Source: an uncultured Desulfobacter sp.
Lineage (GTDB): Bacteria > Desulfobacterota > Desulfobacteria > Desulfobacterales > Desulfobacteraceae
Reading direction: 5' to 3'
DNA: 64,000 bases
Assembly: GCA_963665095.1 (NCBI GenBank)
Contig: OY762069.1
Span: forward strand, 1,344,001-1,408,000
In this document: piece after piece, positions 19,440 through 29,334 of the stretch
Numbering within the stretch: the first letter of the stretch is position 1
Layout of the letters: the number at the start of each line of letters is the position of its first letter
Translations under genes and position numbers: made by a program
Notes under the pieces: generated by a model
Database searches by the model: none
Seen by the model: the letters and a program-made list of their open reading frames with translations, nothing else
What the model was told of the DNA's origin: nothing

Positions 19440-20750
19440 ATGGAAACCTGGCTTCTCACCCTCATTGTTTTCAGCTGTCTGATTTTTCTGCTCTGCCTTG
19501 GGGTCCCGATCTCGTTCACCCTGTGCAGTATTTCCACCATCGGAATTATCCTGACCTGGGGCCCCAAAGGGCTGCTTCTCCTGTTTAACTCTGCCTATGC
19601 CGAATCCAGCTCTTTTATTCTTCTGGCCATTCCGTTGTTTATTTTCATGGCCAACCAGCTCAAGTTCAGCGGCATCGGCGATGACCTGTATGAGATGGTC
19701 TACCGGTGGATCGGCCGGGTACGGGGCGGGCTTGCCATCGGCACCATAGTGATCTGTGCCATTTTTGCCGCCATGGCAGGCATCTCGTCTGTGGCCACCA
19801 TCAGCATGGGGCTGATTGCCCTGCCCTCCATGTTCTCCAGGGGGTACCACAAAGATCTGGCCGTGGGCAGCATTGCAGCCGGCGGGGCTCTGGGCATACT
19901 GATACCGCCCTCAATCATCATGATCCTTTACGGGGCCATGTCAGAAGTATCGGTGGGTAAAATGTTCATCGGCGGTGTGATGCCGGGGCTTGTCATGTGC
20001 CTGATTTTCATTGGCTACATCTGGATCCGCTCTATGATCAACAAAGATCTCGCCCCGGCCGTCGAGGAAACCTTTACACTGAAGGAAAAACTGACAGTTC
20101 TCAAAGGGGTATTTCTTCCCATCCTTTTGATCTTCATGGTTCTGGGTGTCATTTATTTTGGCATCTGCACACCCACCGAGGCATCGGCTGTGGGTGCTTT
20201 CGGTGCCATGTTATGTGCGGCGTTATATAAAAAGTTCACCTGGCAGAATCTTAAAGATTCGCTGTGGGCCACCATAAAGGTCAATGCCATGGTGTTCTGG
20301 CTGATCATCGGGGCCCTGGCATTTACCAATTTTCTTGCCTATTCGGAGATACAGGACCTGATAAAGGACAGCGTCCTGGCACTGGAATATTCAAGATGGG
20401 TCATTCTCATCGCCATGCAGTTCATCTTTTTCATCCTGGGCATGTTCCTGGATCCGGCAGGGATCATCATGCTGACCACACCGATTTTTGTCCCGATTAT
20501 TGTGGAACTCGGGTTTGATCCCCTGTGGTTCGGCATCCTGTTTGTCATCAACATGGAGATGGCTTATATCACCCCGCCCTTTGGGTTCAACCTATTTATT
20601 ATGAAAGGGATTGTTCCCCCCGGAGTCAGCATGGCAGATATCTACCGGTCCATTATTCCCTTTGTCCTGTTACAGGCCCTCTGTCTGGTCCTGGTCATGA
20701 TTTTTCCCGAACTGGCCACATGGCTGCCGGAGCTTATGGTTACAAAATAA
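19440..20750 (+). CDS. dctM: TRAP transporter large permease DctM
   Basis: AIPLFIF, LGILIPPSI, TPTEAS and ITPPFGFNLF. Confidence 0.93.
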   Translation: METWLLTLIVFSCLIFLLCLGVPISFTLCSISTIGIILTWGPKGLLLLFNSAYAESSSFILLAIPLFIFMANQLKFSGIGDDLYEMVYRWIGRVRGGLAIGTIVICAIFAAMAGISSVATISMGLIALPSMFSRGYHKDLAVGSIAAGGALGILIPPSIIMILYGAMSEVSVGKMFIGGVMPGLVMCLIFIGYIWIRSMINKDLAPAVEETFTLKEKLTVLKGVFLPILLIFMVLGVIYFGICTPTEASAVGAFGAMLCAALYKKFTWQNLKDSLWATIKVNAMVFWLIIGALAFTNFLAYSEIQDLIKDSVLALEYSRWVILIAMQFIFFILGMFLDPAGIIMLTTPIFVPIIVELGFDPLWFGILFVINMEMAYITPPFGFNLFIMKGIVPPGVSMADIYRSIIPFVLLQALCLVLVMIFPELATWLPELMVTK

Positions 20751-20785
20751 TTGAATTCAGGCACCACCCGGCAGGTCATGCGGCC

Positions 20786-20843
20786 AAAAAGAATAGAGTA
20801 CTGTCCCGCATCATTCGGTTGCGGGCAGCACTCTATTCTTTTT
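20786..20843. terminator. Long inverted repeat; probable bidirectional intrinsic terminator
   Basis: AAAAAGAATAGAGTACTGTCCCGCA...TGCGGGCAGCACTCTATTCTTTTT between convergent transcription units, with A/T tails on both sides. Confidence 0.8.
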
Positions 20844-20849
20844 ATGACG

Positions 20850-21137
20850 TTATGAGACGAAAAATTCGACCCATCACAAGCAGACGCTTGGCTGGACGAA
20901 GGGTATCAGCAATTGAACTTACCTGTCCTCTTTATCTTTTTTAAATCCTGGTAAACGGTTTCGCCGGCTATCATTTTCATCTGTTTTTCTACTTTGCCGC
21001 CAACGTCCTCCATCACATGAAGCACAATGACTTCAGACTCAAGAAAAGCGGAATAAGACGCAGCATATTCAAAAATTTGTTTCAAATTTTTCCGAAAGAT
21101 CTGACGCAAATAAAATTCGTTTGGGTTTATCAATCAT
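20850..21137 (-). pseudogene. Universal stress protein (UspA family) pseudogene
   Basis: GGAGG then MIDKPKRILFASDLSE; frameshift in an A-run into NLKQIFEYAA...VIVLHVMED; an LLVMG remnant in another frame. Confidence 0.75.
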
Positions 21138-21214
21138 TAATTAAGCCTCCAATGCAATTTTACATCGTATATTTTCTTTTCGACCTGCGTCTAAAAGGGT
21201 CTCTTAGCCCTGCC

Positions 21215-22477
21215 TTACCGCTGCCTTTCCCTGGCATTCCCTGCCATAAAAATTGAAAAAACAGCTGCGGCATAGATCCCAAGAAACAACAGCATGGCAA
21301 AATGGTAACTGCCAAAATAATCATACAGCACGCCAGCACTGAATGCACCGAACGACGCACCTAATTGCTGGCCTAAAGAAATAAGACCGAGTACAATGCC
21401 AAAGGACTTCAGGCCATAATACCCGCTAACGGCCAAAGGCTGCAATACCAGAACCCCTCCCATGCCAAAGCCAAAAATGGCAGCATAGCCCCATACCATA
21501 TATTCTGAACTTAGATAAAATAAAAAAAGAACGCCGACTGCCTGTATAACATAACAGATAGTCACCACCCATTTCAGGGGCATGGATTCTGTCATCCGGC
21601 CAAAGCAGAATTTCCCTACCCCGCCCATTCCTGAGGTAATGCCCAGGGCATTTGATGCGGCAATATAGGAGATCCCTTTTTCACACATGATAGCCACCTG
21701 GTGCTGAAGAATTGCCAGCATGGCCATGCCGCCAAGAAAAAAAGTAATGGCAAGCCATCTGAAAGAGACGGTTGAAACTATCTCTTTTAATGAATTATCG
21801 GTTTCTTTGGATAATTCATCTGCGGCAAACTCCGACTTATGGCAAACGGAGCGTGGCGCAATGTCCCGGGGTTTTATGATCACCAGTTCTGTGCTGCTGT
21901 CACCAGGACGTTCCTTTATGACCAGAAAGGCAATGGGAACAGCAATAACCAAAACAAACAGCCCCAGGAAAATAAAGGCCTGACGCCATCCAAACAGCAG
22001 GCTTATCCTGCCGATCAACGGGGCAAATATCATACCTCCGGCAGAAATACCCATATAGACCAATCCGGTGGCGGTTCCTCTCCGGGTATCAAACCAGCAG
22101 GCAATAAGCGTGCTGATAGGTATGTAGCCGATCCCGATGATGGTTAGAGCCAGCAGGGCATACAGCAGGTAAAAGGTTAAAAGATTTTTGGATAAACTGA
22201 TCAGAAAAAAACAAAGGCTTGATCCAAAGGCCCCCATACAGATCACTTTTTTGGGTCCCATGGTTTGAACCAGACGGCCCACAATGGGCGAGGCCATGCC
22301 GCTGACCAGCAGATAGATGGATATGGTCAGCGCAATTTCTGTTCTGCTCCAGCCGAACTCCGCCTCAAGAGGTTCAATAAACACGCCGAAAGAATAAAAC
22401 CCTGAACCTGCAAAACACATCAGCAGAACAAATCCTGCTGCAACAATGAACCAGCCGTAAAATACTTTTGTCTGCAT
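21215..22477 (-). CDS. MFS transporter (monocarboxylate/OFA-like)
   Basis: FYGWFIV, FGVFIEPLEAEFGWSR, WFDTRRGTATG and ~12 TM segments. Confidence 0.9.
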   Translation of the reverse strand: MQTKVFYGWFIVAAGFVLLMCFAGSGFYSFGVFIEPLEAEFGWSRTEIALTISIYLLVSGMASPIVGRLVQTMGPKKVICMGAFGSSLCFFLISLSKNLLTFYLLYALLALTIIGIGYIPISTLIACWFDTRRGTATGLVYMGISAGGMIFAPLIGRISLLFGWRQAFIFLGLFVLVIAVPIAFLVIKERPGDSSTELVIIKPRDIAPRSVCHKSEFAADELSKETDNSLKEIVSTVSFRWLAITFFLGGMAMLAILQHQVAIMCEKGISYIAASNALGITSGMGGVGKFCFGRMTESMPLKWVVTICYVIQAVGVLFLFYLSSEYMVWGYAAIFGFGMGGVLVLQPLAVSGYYGLKSFGIVLGLISLGQQLGASFGAFSAGVLYDYFGSYHFAMLLFLGIYAAAVFSIFMAGNARERQR

Positions 22478-22572
22478 GTGATTGATACCTGTTTTTACAG
22501 TTCGTTGTTCTGCTTTGAGCGTCGTTACCCTGAGATCGAACCAATAACAAAGTGCTTTGATACAAAAAGCCT

Positions 22573-24801
22573 TTAAAAATTAAGCGTCATCAAGTTTGAA
22601 GCGGTATCTGCCGGTGGTTCCAGTACCACATTCTTTTCCTGACCCATGATATTTTTTCCGGCAATGGATCGGATCATTTGCATGGACTTTTCCATGTGTG
22701 CAATAAACTCTTTGGATGGCATGAGTTGTGATATAATTTTGGTTGATGAGTCGATGTAAACATTTTCTTTGGCAGCTTTATCTGCAAACAAAACCGCTTT
22801 TTCCAGCATCTCCAGACTCCGTTTTGCAATGGCCACTGTCCGATATAGGGAAAAGTCCCATAATGCGACAGCGTGCGTAAAACAGGCATTTGCCCGGGCC
22901 GGATTCAGTGCCACAGATTCATCATATATTTTAAACCGGCTGGCCAGAAAATCTTTGATAAAATCAAGATTACACTCTTTTTTCAGATCTGCCCTGCCCA
23001 TGGTGAGCAGCCACAGCCGTTCTTCCGAAATTTTGCGGACAATATCAAACGGTGCGTCTATCCCTTTTTCCGGATTGACTAAAATTTCCTCGTCATTTTC
23101 AAGCGTCGCCCGCAGAATTTTTAAGACATTAAGAGAATAGGAAGCCCGGATTGCAAAGGGTGACACCGTCATCGCCTTCTCATAAAAAAAGTTGGCTTTC
23201 TGCATGCTGTCAAACAGGGCTGCTTTCAAACGTTTCAATTCCTGGGTATTTATTTCAGCCGGTTTCCGGCTGCGAAGATGTTTCAGAAGCATGACGGCTT
23301 TTGTTGTATACGTGGTGGCATATTCACAATAGAAATAATCAGACACCCCGTCACAGCTTTCAATAATAAAAGCCGCTTCATGTTCCACCCGGTTAAAAAA
23401 AATATCAGCAATGGAAACAGAAGGTGCAGAAAGCGCAAGCTCCCTGAAAATAGCGATATGCAGTGTTCTTGCAGTGATCTCATTGGGGTCGATACTCAGA
23501 ACAATACGAATTATTTCCTCTGCTTCCTGAAATCGCTTACGATAATATAAGGTCTTTGCAATCTCAATTCCCACAGGAATATTGTGCGGATACCTTAAAA
23601 ATGTGGTGACCGCGTTTGTTGCATTGTTTTTGTGCGTGTCAGTGACAAAATTTTTGGCAGGTGCCAGAAGATCAAAAACGGTCTCTTCGGGCTTAGGTCG
23701 AAGCTGCAGCATCTTATCCTGGAGTATGTCCGGAATAAAATCAAAGAAAAAAGAGTTCCAGAAGGCAGTGATCCACCAGATTCTGAAGGCTTCGCCATTG
23801 ATTAATGTCGCCTCAATGGGCTCGGTGCTGCAGATGACACGGACGTCGCTGATGAGCAGGCACTGGCGGACATAGTCTGACAGACGGATGGGCGCATCCC
23901 CGGGCAGCTTTATATTCAACGCGGCAAGCAGATAGTTGTCCAGCGTATCAAACTGACCGGCGGCAATGGCAACAGAAAAGAAGCGCTTGGTGGAGTAATA
24001 CCTGGAAAGCACCCAGCGGATGGTAACCAGGTGAGCCAGTGACACAGCATTTTTAATGCAGGAGCGATAGGAAGCCGGATCACTTGAGTCTGATTCTTTG
24101 GGGATATCGATAAAAAAAGTGGTAAAGTCATGGGAACGGATTTTACTCCACCGGTCTGACTGGACGTATTCAGAACTCTGTTCAATATATTCATAAATTG
24201 ACTTTTTCAGCCAGTTCATGACGGCATTATCAATCATATCCCCCCGGCTGTATAACGCAAAACCGATCCGTACCCCCTCCTTATACTGCTGGGTTGCATC
24301 GTCTCTGGGGCAGATTTTCATCAGGGATTCATAATTCCAGGCAGGGCTCAGGTCGCAGCGTTCGTACCCGATCCAGAATGCCAGACTCCGTAACACATTT
24401 TTTTTATGGAGCGTATCTGCCGGCTGCACTTTCAGCCGTGTCAGCATTGAATTGCTGACATTGGGCAGTTTAATACCATGATTTTTCAGCAAAGGATTGA
24501 TTCGGTCAATCAATGAACGCACCGACAGGCTGAAATTCAACCAGACATCTCTTTTTTCCAGCAGTTCGGAAAACTGCAGATTTTCCGGAGGCCTGCACGC
24601 GTCTTCCGATCTGGCTTCCCGGGCGATATATGCTTCAAGGTGTTGAAAACTATTTTCTGAGATCAGGTGGTTATCTGCTGCAAAATCAATAAAAGAGTTC
24701 ACCGCTGCCGAGGTGTCGTCATTATCTGCAAACGATGAAAAAGATTCGCTGGTGGGAAAAACCGCGAGAAGTGCAGATGCCGCCCGATTATGTTGTTTCA
24801 T
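22573..24801 (-). CDS. Hypothetical 742-aa protein; putative XRE-like HTH + degenerate class III cyclase-like domain + TPR region
   Basis: Long intact ORF; TPR-like IAKTLYYRKRFQEAEEIIRIVLSIDP; other domain calls are by-eye pattern matches only. Confidence 0.7.
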   Translation of the reverse strand: MKQHNRAASALLAVFPTSESFSSFADNDDTSAAVNSFIDFAADNHLISENSFQHLEAYIAREARSEDACRPPENLQFSELLEKRDVWLNFSLSVRSLIDRINPLLKNHGIKLPNVSNSMLTRLKVQPADTLHKKNVLRSLAFWIGYERCDLSPAWNYESLMKICPRDDATQQYKEGVRIGFALYSRGDMIDNAVMNWLKKSIYEYIEQSSEYVQSDRWSKIRSHDFTTFFIDIPKESDSSDPASYRSCIKNAVSLAHLVTIRWVLSRYYSTKRFFSVAIAAGQFDTLDNYLLAALNIKLPGDAPIRLSDYVRQCLLISDVRVICSTEPIEATLINGEAFRIWWITAFWNSFFFDFIPDILQDKMLQLRPKPEETVFDLLAPAKNFVTDTHKNNATNAVTTFLRYPHNIPVGIEIAKTLYYRKRFQEAEEIIRIVLSIDPNEITARTLHIAIFRELALSAPSVSIADIFFNRVEHEAAFIIESCDGVSDYFYCEYATTYTTKAVMLLKHLRSRKPAEINTQELKRLKAALFDSMQKANFFYEKAMTVSPFAIRASYSLNVLKILRATLENDEEILVNPEKGIDAPFDIVRKISEERLWLLTMGRADLKKECNLDFIKDFLASRFKIYDESVALNPARANACFTHAVALWDFSLYRTVAIAKRSLEMLEKAVLFADKAAKENVYIDSSTKIISQLMPSKEFIAHMEKSMQMIRSIAGKNIMGQEKNVVLEPPADTASNLMTLNF

Positions 24802-24868
24802 GTTGTTTCCCTTAATTTAACATACCTTCCGTATTGACATCCCCCATGTCGGGACACTGATGATGATC

Positions 24869-24907
24869 TTGTTTCAATTGAAACAACAATTAGTTCACAT
24901 GAAACGA
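24869..24907. promoter_or_regulatory. Perfect 18-bp palindrome plus a degenerate copy (candidate operators)
   Basis: TTGTTTCAATTGAAACAA at 24869-24886; TTAGTTCACATGAAACGA at 24890-24907 matches 13 of 18 positions. Confidence 0.7.
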
Positions 24908-25050
24908 CAAATCCCCTGAAACCCAAAATATATTTGATTCATGTTTCAAAAGAGTATATCTAATTTTCTGAAATATATTTCTGCATAACCTGTTTTGTCA
25001 AGAAATTTGTATACCTGTCTGAACCTTTGACAAGGGGGCGTTATCCCATC

Positions 25051-26808
25051 ATGTACGAGAAAAAACCATGGCTGAAATCTTATAACGGTATTCCTGAAAC
25101 AATCAACTACCCAAGGGTAACCATGTACGAAGCTGTGATGCAGACAGTGGAACGGTATCCGGACTATGTTGCCTATGACTGCATGGACTATACAGCGACA
25201 TATCAACAGTTTTCAGAACAGATCGATCAGCTGGCAAATGCCCTTTTCGGCATCGGGGTCCGGCAGGGAGATGTTTTCACCATTGCCATGCCAACCTGCC
25301 CCCAGGCAGTGATATGCTTTTATGCCGCCAATAAATTAGGGGTTGTGGTCAGCATGATTCACCCGCTGTCAACAGCAAAGGAGATCGCTTACTACCTGGG
25401 AATTACCAGCAGCCGGTTTGCTTTGACCATGACGGAACATTATAAAAAATTTAAACAGGTTCAGAGTGAGACCCGTCTGGAAACGCTGATTCTTACAGAA
25501 CTTACCGATTTTTTAAATCTTCCGACTACCACGGGACAGCAAACACATCCCGATCCCATGGTATTTTCCTGGACTGATCTCATGACAGCATCCCATCCTG
25601 AGGCACCCAGAGGAAATATGGACACCGGCGAGATGGCCGCCATTCTATACAGCGGTGGCACAACAGGATTTCCCAAGGGAATCATGCTCTCCAACGCTAA
25701 TTTTATCAGCCAGGGAATGATGACGGCGTCTTTGCGCGGCATTCCGCCTGAAGCGTATGCCATACTGGTAATTCTTCCGGTCTTTCACGGATATGGTTTA
25801 GGTGTCTGCTGTAATGCCACCTTTATGTTAGGCGGCAAAGCCATCCTGGTTCCTAATTTTAAACCCGAAACCTTTGCCCGGTTAATCCAGACGAAACGAC
25901 CATCGGTCATTACCGGTGTTCCGACACTTTACGACGCACTCAGCAGGAATGCTCAGTTTCTAAAGGCCGATCTGGGCTGCCTTAGATCGGCCGGTTGCGG
26001 CGCTGACACGCTTCCCCGGACAGTCAAGGAGCGGTTTGAAAAAATTGTTCAGCCCTTTGGCAACAATGTACGGCTGTTAGAAGGATACGGGCTGACAGAA
26101 GCCGTCACCGGGATTATGGGAACCCCGGCCGACGGATACCGGGAGAACAGCGTTGGCATTCCCTATCCGGACATGATGGCTAAGGTCGTAAAAATCGGCA
26201 CCACAGAAGAGGCCCCGGTGGGTGAAGAGGGGGAACTTTGTGTCAGCGGTCCTGCGGTCATGCTCGGATATCTCGGACAGCCCGAAGAGACAGCTGCCAC
26301 GCTTAAAATGCATCCGGATGGACGCACATGGCTTCACACCGGAGATATCTTCACCATGGATGAAGATGGATATTTTTATTACAAACTGCGACTCAAACGC
26401 ATGATCAAATCATCCGGCATGAATGTCTATCCCATGCAGGTTGAAGAGGTGCTGCGCCAGCATCCTGCTGTTCAAAGTGCCTGTGTGATCGGCATTCCGG
26501 ATGAGGCACAGGTTGAACGGGTCAAGGCGTTTGTGGTCCTTAAAGATCCGTCCGTTTCAGACCCGTCCGCCAAGGAGCAATCTGCAGCCCACCAGGCTGC
26601 AACACACCGGGACATCGCAGATCCGGATATGGCCGACGCTTTGATTACTCACTGCCGTGAGCATCTCATCAAATGGTCCTGCCCCAGAGAAATTGCTTTT
26701 CGGGATTCTCTGCCACTGACCCGGGTCGGTAAAATTGCCTGCGCAGAACTGGAAAAAGAAGAACTGGCCCGACTAAAAGCAGAAGGGAAATATACTGGAG
26801 GGAAATAG
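25051..26808 (+). CDS. AMP-forming acyl-CoA synthetase (FadD/LcfA-like)
   Basis: YSGGTTGFPKG, EGYGLTE, WLHTGD and LPLTRVGK. Confidence 0.93.
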   Translation: MYEKKPWLKSYNGIPETINYPRVTMYEAVMQTVERYPDYVAYDCMDYTATYQQFSEQIDQLANALFGIGVRQGDVFTIAMPTCPQAVICFYAANKLGVVVSMIHPLSTAKEIAYYLGITSSRFALTMTEHYKKFKQVQSETRLETLILTELTDFLNLPTTTGQQTHPDPMVFSWTDLMTASHPEAPRGNMDTGEMAAILYSGGTTGFPKGIMLSNANFISQGMMTASLRGIPPEAYAILVILPVFHGYGLGVCCNATFMLGGKAILVPNFKPETFARLIQTKRPSVITGVPTLYDALSRNAQFLKADLGCLRSAGCGADTLPRTVKERFEKIVQPFGNNVRLLEGYGLTEAVTGIMGTPADGYRENSVGIPYPDMMAKVVKIGTTEEAPVGEEGELCVSGPAVMLGYLGQPEETAATLKMHPDGRTWLHTGDIFTMDEDGYFYYKLRLKRMIKSSGMNVYPMQVEEVLRQHPAVQSACVIGIPDEAQVERVKAFVVLKDPSVSDPSAKEQSAAHQAATHRDIADPDMADALITHCREHLIKWSCPREIAFRDSLPLTRVGKIACAELEKEELARLKAEGKYTGGK

Positions 26809-26869
26809 AAGTTTAAACTCCTTCTTTGAAGCAGAAACAAAAAAAGATAATACCAGGGAGGACGTCATC

Positions 26870-28009
26870 ATGACAGCTGGTGAAACACTTGAAATGTTAT
26901 ACAACGAACGGGGGCAGCGTGCCCGTAAGCTGCATGAATCAGGGAAAAAGGTAGTGGGACATCTCTGCAGCTTTGTTCCAGATGAAATTTTTACAGCCCT
27001 GGATATGATTCCCTTTCGTATCCAGGGAAGCCAGAGCGAACCCATTGACCAGGCAGATGCCTATATTGAACCCATGGCCTGCCCTTTTGCACGCAGCTGT
27101 TTCAACCTCGCACTGAAAGGCCAGTACGATTTTCTGGATGGTTTTGTCGCGCCACACAGCTGTGACACCATTGAGCGGATGTTTCATATCTGGCATCATC
27201 AAAAACCCTGTTCATACAATCATCTCTTAAATGTTCCCCATATGCTGGGTCCTGGATCCACTGCCTTTTTCAAGGACCAGCTGGCATATTTCATCAAAAC
27301 GCTGGAAGCATGGTCGGGCCGGAAACTTGAACAGGAAAAACTTCGCGAGGCAGTAACGCTTTATAACAGGCGCAGAGCCCTTCTCAGAGAGCTTTATACG
27401 TTGCGTAAAACCAGCCCGCCCCAGGTGTCAGGAGAAGAGGTCACAAAAGCCGTGGTTGCCGGAATGGGAATACCGGCCCGGGAGCATGTTGATCTGATTG
27501 AACAGTATATTGCTGAAATAAAAGCCCGGCCGGCACCGGAGGAGAAAGGGTTTGCCCGTGTTTTTCTCTGGGGGTGTGAATTGGATGATACCGCATTTAT
27601 CAGTCTGGTGGAAGAGAGCGGTGCCAGTGTCGTCATGGATGATTTGTGTACGGGGAGCCGTTTCTTCTGGGACGACTGCCCGGAAACACCGGACCCTCTG
27701 GATGGCATCGCTGACAGATACCTGAAAATCAAGTGTCCGAGGACCAACATTCCCCAACAGGCAACCCGGGAGGCTGAGTTGGAGAATCGTTACGGGCATA
27801 TCAGGCAGTTCATAGAGGCGTGGGAAGCAGACGCTGCGATTTTCTACATCATCCGCTACTGTGACACCAGCGAGCTCGAAGGCCCAGATCTCAGAGAGTA
27901 CCTGAACAGTATGAACATTCCCGTCCTGATGATTGAGGACGATTACTCGATTTCCACAATCGGGCAGTTACGGACCCGTGTCCAGGCCTTTCTGGAAATG
28001 CTTGACTAA
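26870..28009 (+). CDS. 2-hydroxyacyl-CoA dehydratase / benzoyl-CoA reductase family subunit (BzdN/BcrC-like)
   Basis: CSFVPDE, CPFARS, HSCD, DDLCTGSR, CPR, YCD and GQLRTRVQAFLEM. Confidence 0.88.
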   Translation: MTAGETLEMLYNERGQRARKLHESGKKVVGHLCSFVPDEIFTALDMIPFRIQGSQSEPIDQADAYIEPMACPFARSCFNLALKGQYDFLDGFVAPHSCDTIERMFHIWHHQKPCSYNHLLNVPHMLGPGSTAFFKDQLAYFIKTLEAWSGRKLEQEKLREAVTLYNRRRALLRELYTLRKTSPPQVSGEEVTKAVVAGMGIPAREHVDLIEQYIAEIKARPAPEEKGFARVFLWGCELDDTAFISLVEESGASVVMDDLCTGSRFFWDDCPETPDPLDGIADRYLKIKCPRTNIPQQATREAELENRYGHIRQFIEAWEADAAIFYIIRYCDTSELEGPDLREYLNSMNIPVLMIEDDYSISTIGQLRTRVQAFLEMLD

Positions 28010-28020
28010 GGAGGAGGCAC

Positions 28021-29322
28021 ATGGAACCACAAGAGAAAAAAAGAACCACGGCAGTCAAGGGAACCAATGCCGCCCGGAAAATCAGGGGGCTGGTAAAAAA
28101 TATTTATACCTCGGCCCATGAGGCAAAGCAGCAGGGGAAGAAACTGGCCTATATTATGGTCACATCTCAGTATGATGAAATTGTTCGAGCCATGGACATT
28201 GTCCCGATGCCCACTGAAAACTATGCAGGCCTTTGTGCGGCCAAACGGGAGATGGACCGGTTTCTATTAAAAGCGGAAGAAGACGGCTATTCACAGGTAT
28301 TGTGCAGCTATGCCCGCATCGGGCTGGGCTTTGACAGCCTGCGTAAAGAAGCGGGAACCATACCGGAGGGTTCTCCGGACGGCGGCATGCCCATGCCGGA
28401 CATGATGCTGGGCAGCAGCGCGGTCTGTGATCCCCGTTTTAAGTGGTACCAGGCAGCCGGGCGATTTTTACATGTCCCCACCTACAGCATCGACTGTGTT
28501 GCCCCGCCACCCCAAGCAGATCTCAGTGAAGTGCGAGACAGTTACATAAAATATCAAAAAGAGCAGTTTCTGGGCCTGATTGCATTTCTGGAAACACAGA
28601 CCGGGAAAAAAATGGATATGGAACGTCTCTGGGAAACGATCCGGCTCGGGGATAAAGCGTGGCAGCTCTGGTACGAGGTTGACCGGCTCCGGGTGGCAGT
28701 TCCGAGCCCCATGCCGGCCCAGGACCATTTCAGTATCATGGTGCCGGGCTATTACTATGCCGGTACCCAGGCGGCTGTAGATTTTTACCAGGAACTGTAT
28801 GATGAGGTGAAACAACGGGTTGACAGTAAAACCGGGGTCATTCCGGATGAGACCTATCGTCTGCTCTACGGCGGCGGGCTGCCGCCCTGGCATACCTTGT
28901 GGATCTTCAATTATTTTGAGAGCTTTGGCGCGGTCTTTGTGGCTGAGAATGTATACCGCAACTACGACCCGGTGGAGGTGCCGAGCCATATCAAGGATCC
29001 GGTGGACTATCTTGCCTGGCGGACCTTTCTTCGATACACCCAGCGGTATGACGAGGCCAGGGCAAACAGCGGCAACCCCAGGATTGAACGCCTGCTGCAG
29101 ATGATTGAGGACTACCAGACCTGCGGTGTGGTTTTCCATGCCTGCCGGTCCTGCCGTGCCACCACCATCGGTCAGATACATCTGAAAAATGTGCTGGCAG
29201 AGTACACAGACATCCCGATGATGCAGCTGGTGTCTGATATGGTGGACTTAAGAGACTATTCCGAAGCCCAGTGGAAGGCACAGATCGGCGCCTTTATGGA
29301 TGCCCTGGCCGCAAGGAGGTAA
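28021..29322 (+). CDS. 2-hydroxyacyl-CoA dehydratase / benzoyl-CoA reductase family subunit (BzdO/BcrB-like)
   Basis: PTENY, LCSYAR, CDPRFKWYQ, SCRA and SDMVD. Confidence 0.88.
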   Translation: MEPQEKKRTTAVKGTNAARKIRGLVKNIYTSAHEAKQQGKKLAYIMVTSQYDEIVRAMDIVPMPTENYAGLCAAKREMDRFLLKAEEDGYSQVLCSYARIGLGFDSLRKEAGTIPEGSPDGGMPMPDMMLGSSAVCDPRFKWYQAAGRFLHVPTYSIDCVAPPPQADLSEVRDSYIKYQKEQFLGLIAFLETQTGKKMDMERLWETIRLGDKAWQLWYEVDRLRVAVPSPMPAQDHFSIMVPGYYYAGTQAAVDFYQELYDEVKQRVDSKTGVIPDETYRLLYGGGLPPWHTLWIFNYFESFGAVFVAENVYRNYDPVEVPSHIKDPVDYLAWRTFLRYTQRYDEARANSGNPRIERLLQMIEDYQTCGVVFHACRSCRATTIGQIHLKNVLAEYTDIPMMQLVSDMVDLRDYSEAQWKAQIGAFMDALAARR

Positions 29323-29334
29323 GAAAAAGCAACC

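Noticed and set aside
28468..29181. 237-aa antisense ORF, and many similar shadow ORFs across the window
   Set aside because: They lie opposite or within well-supported genes and have no motifs; expected from codon bias
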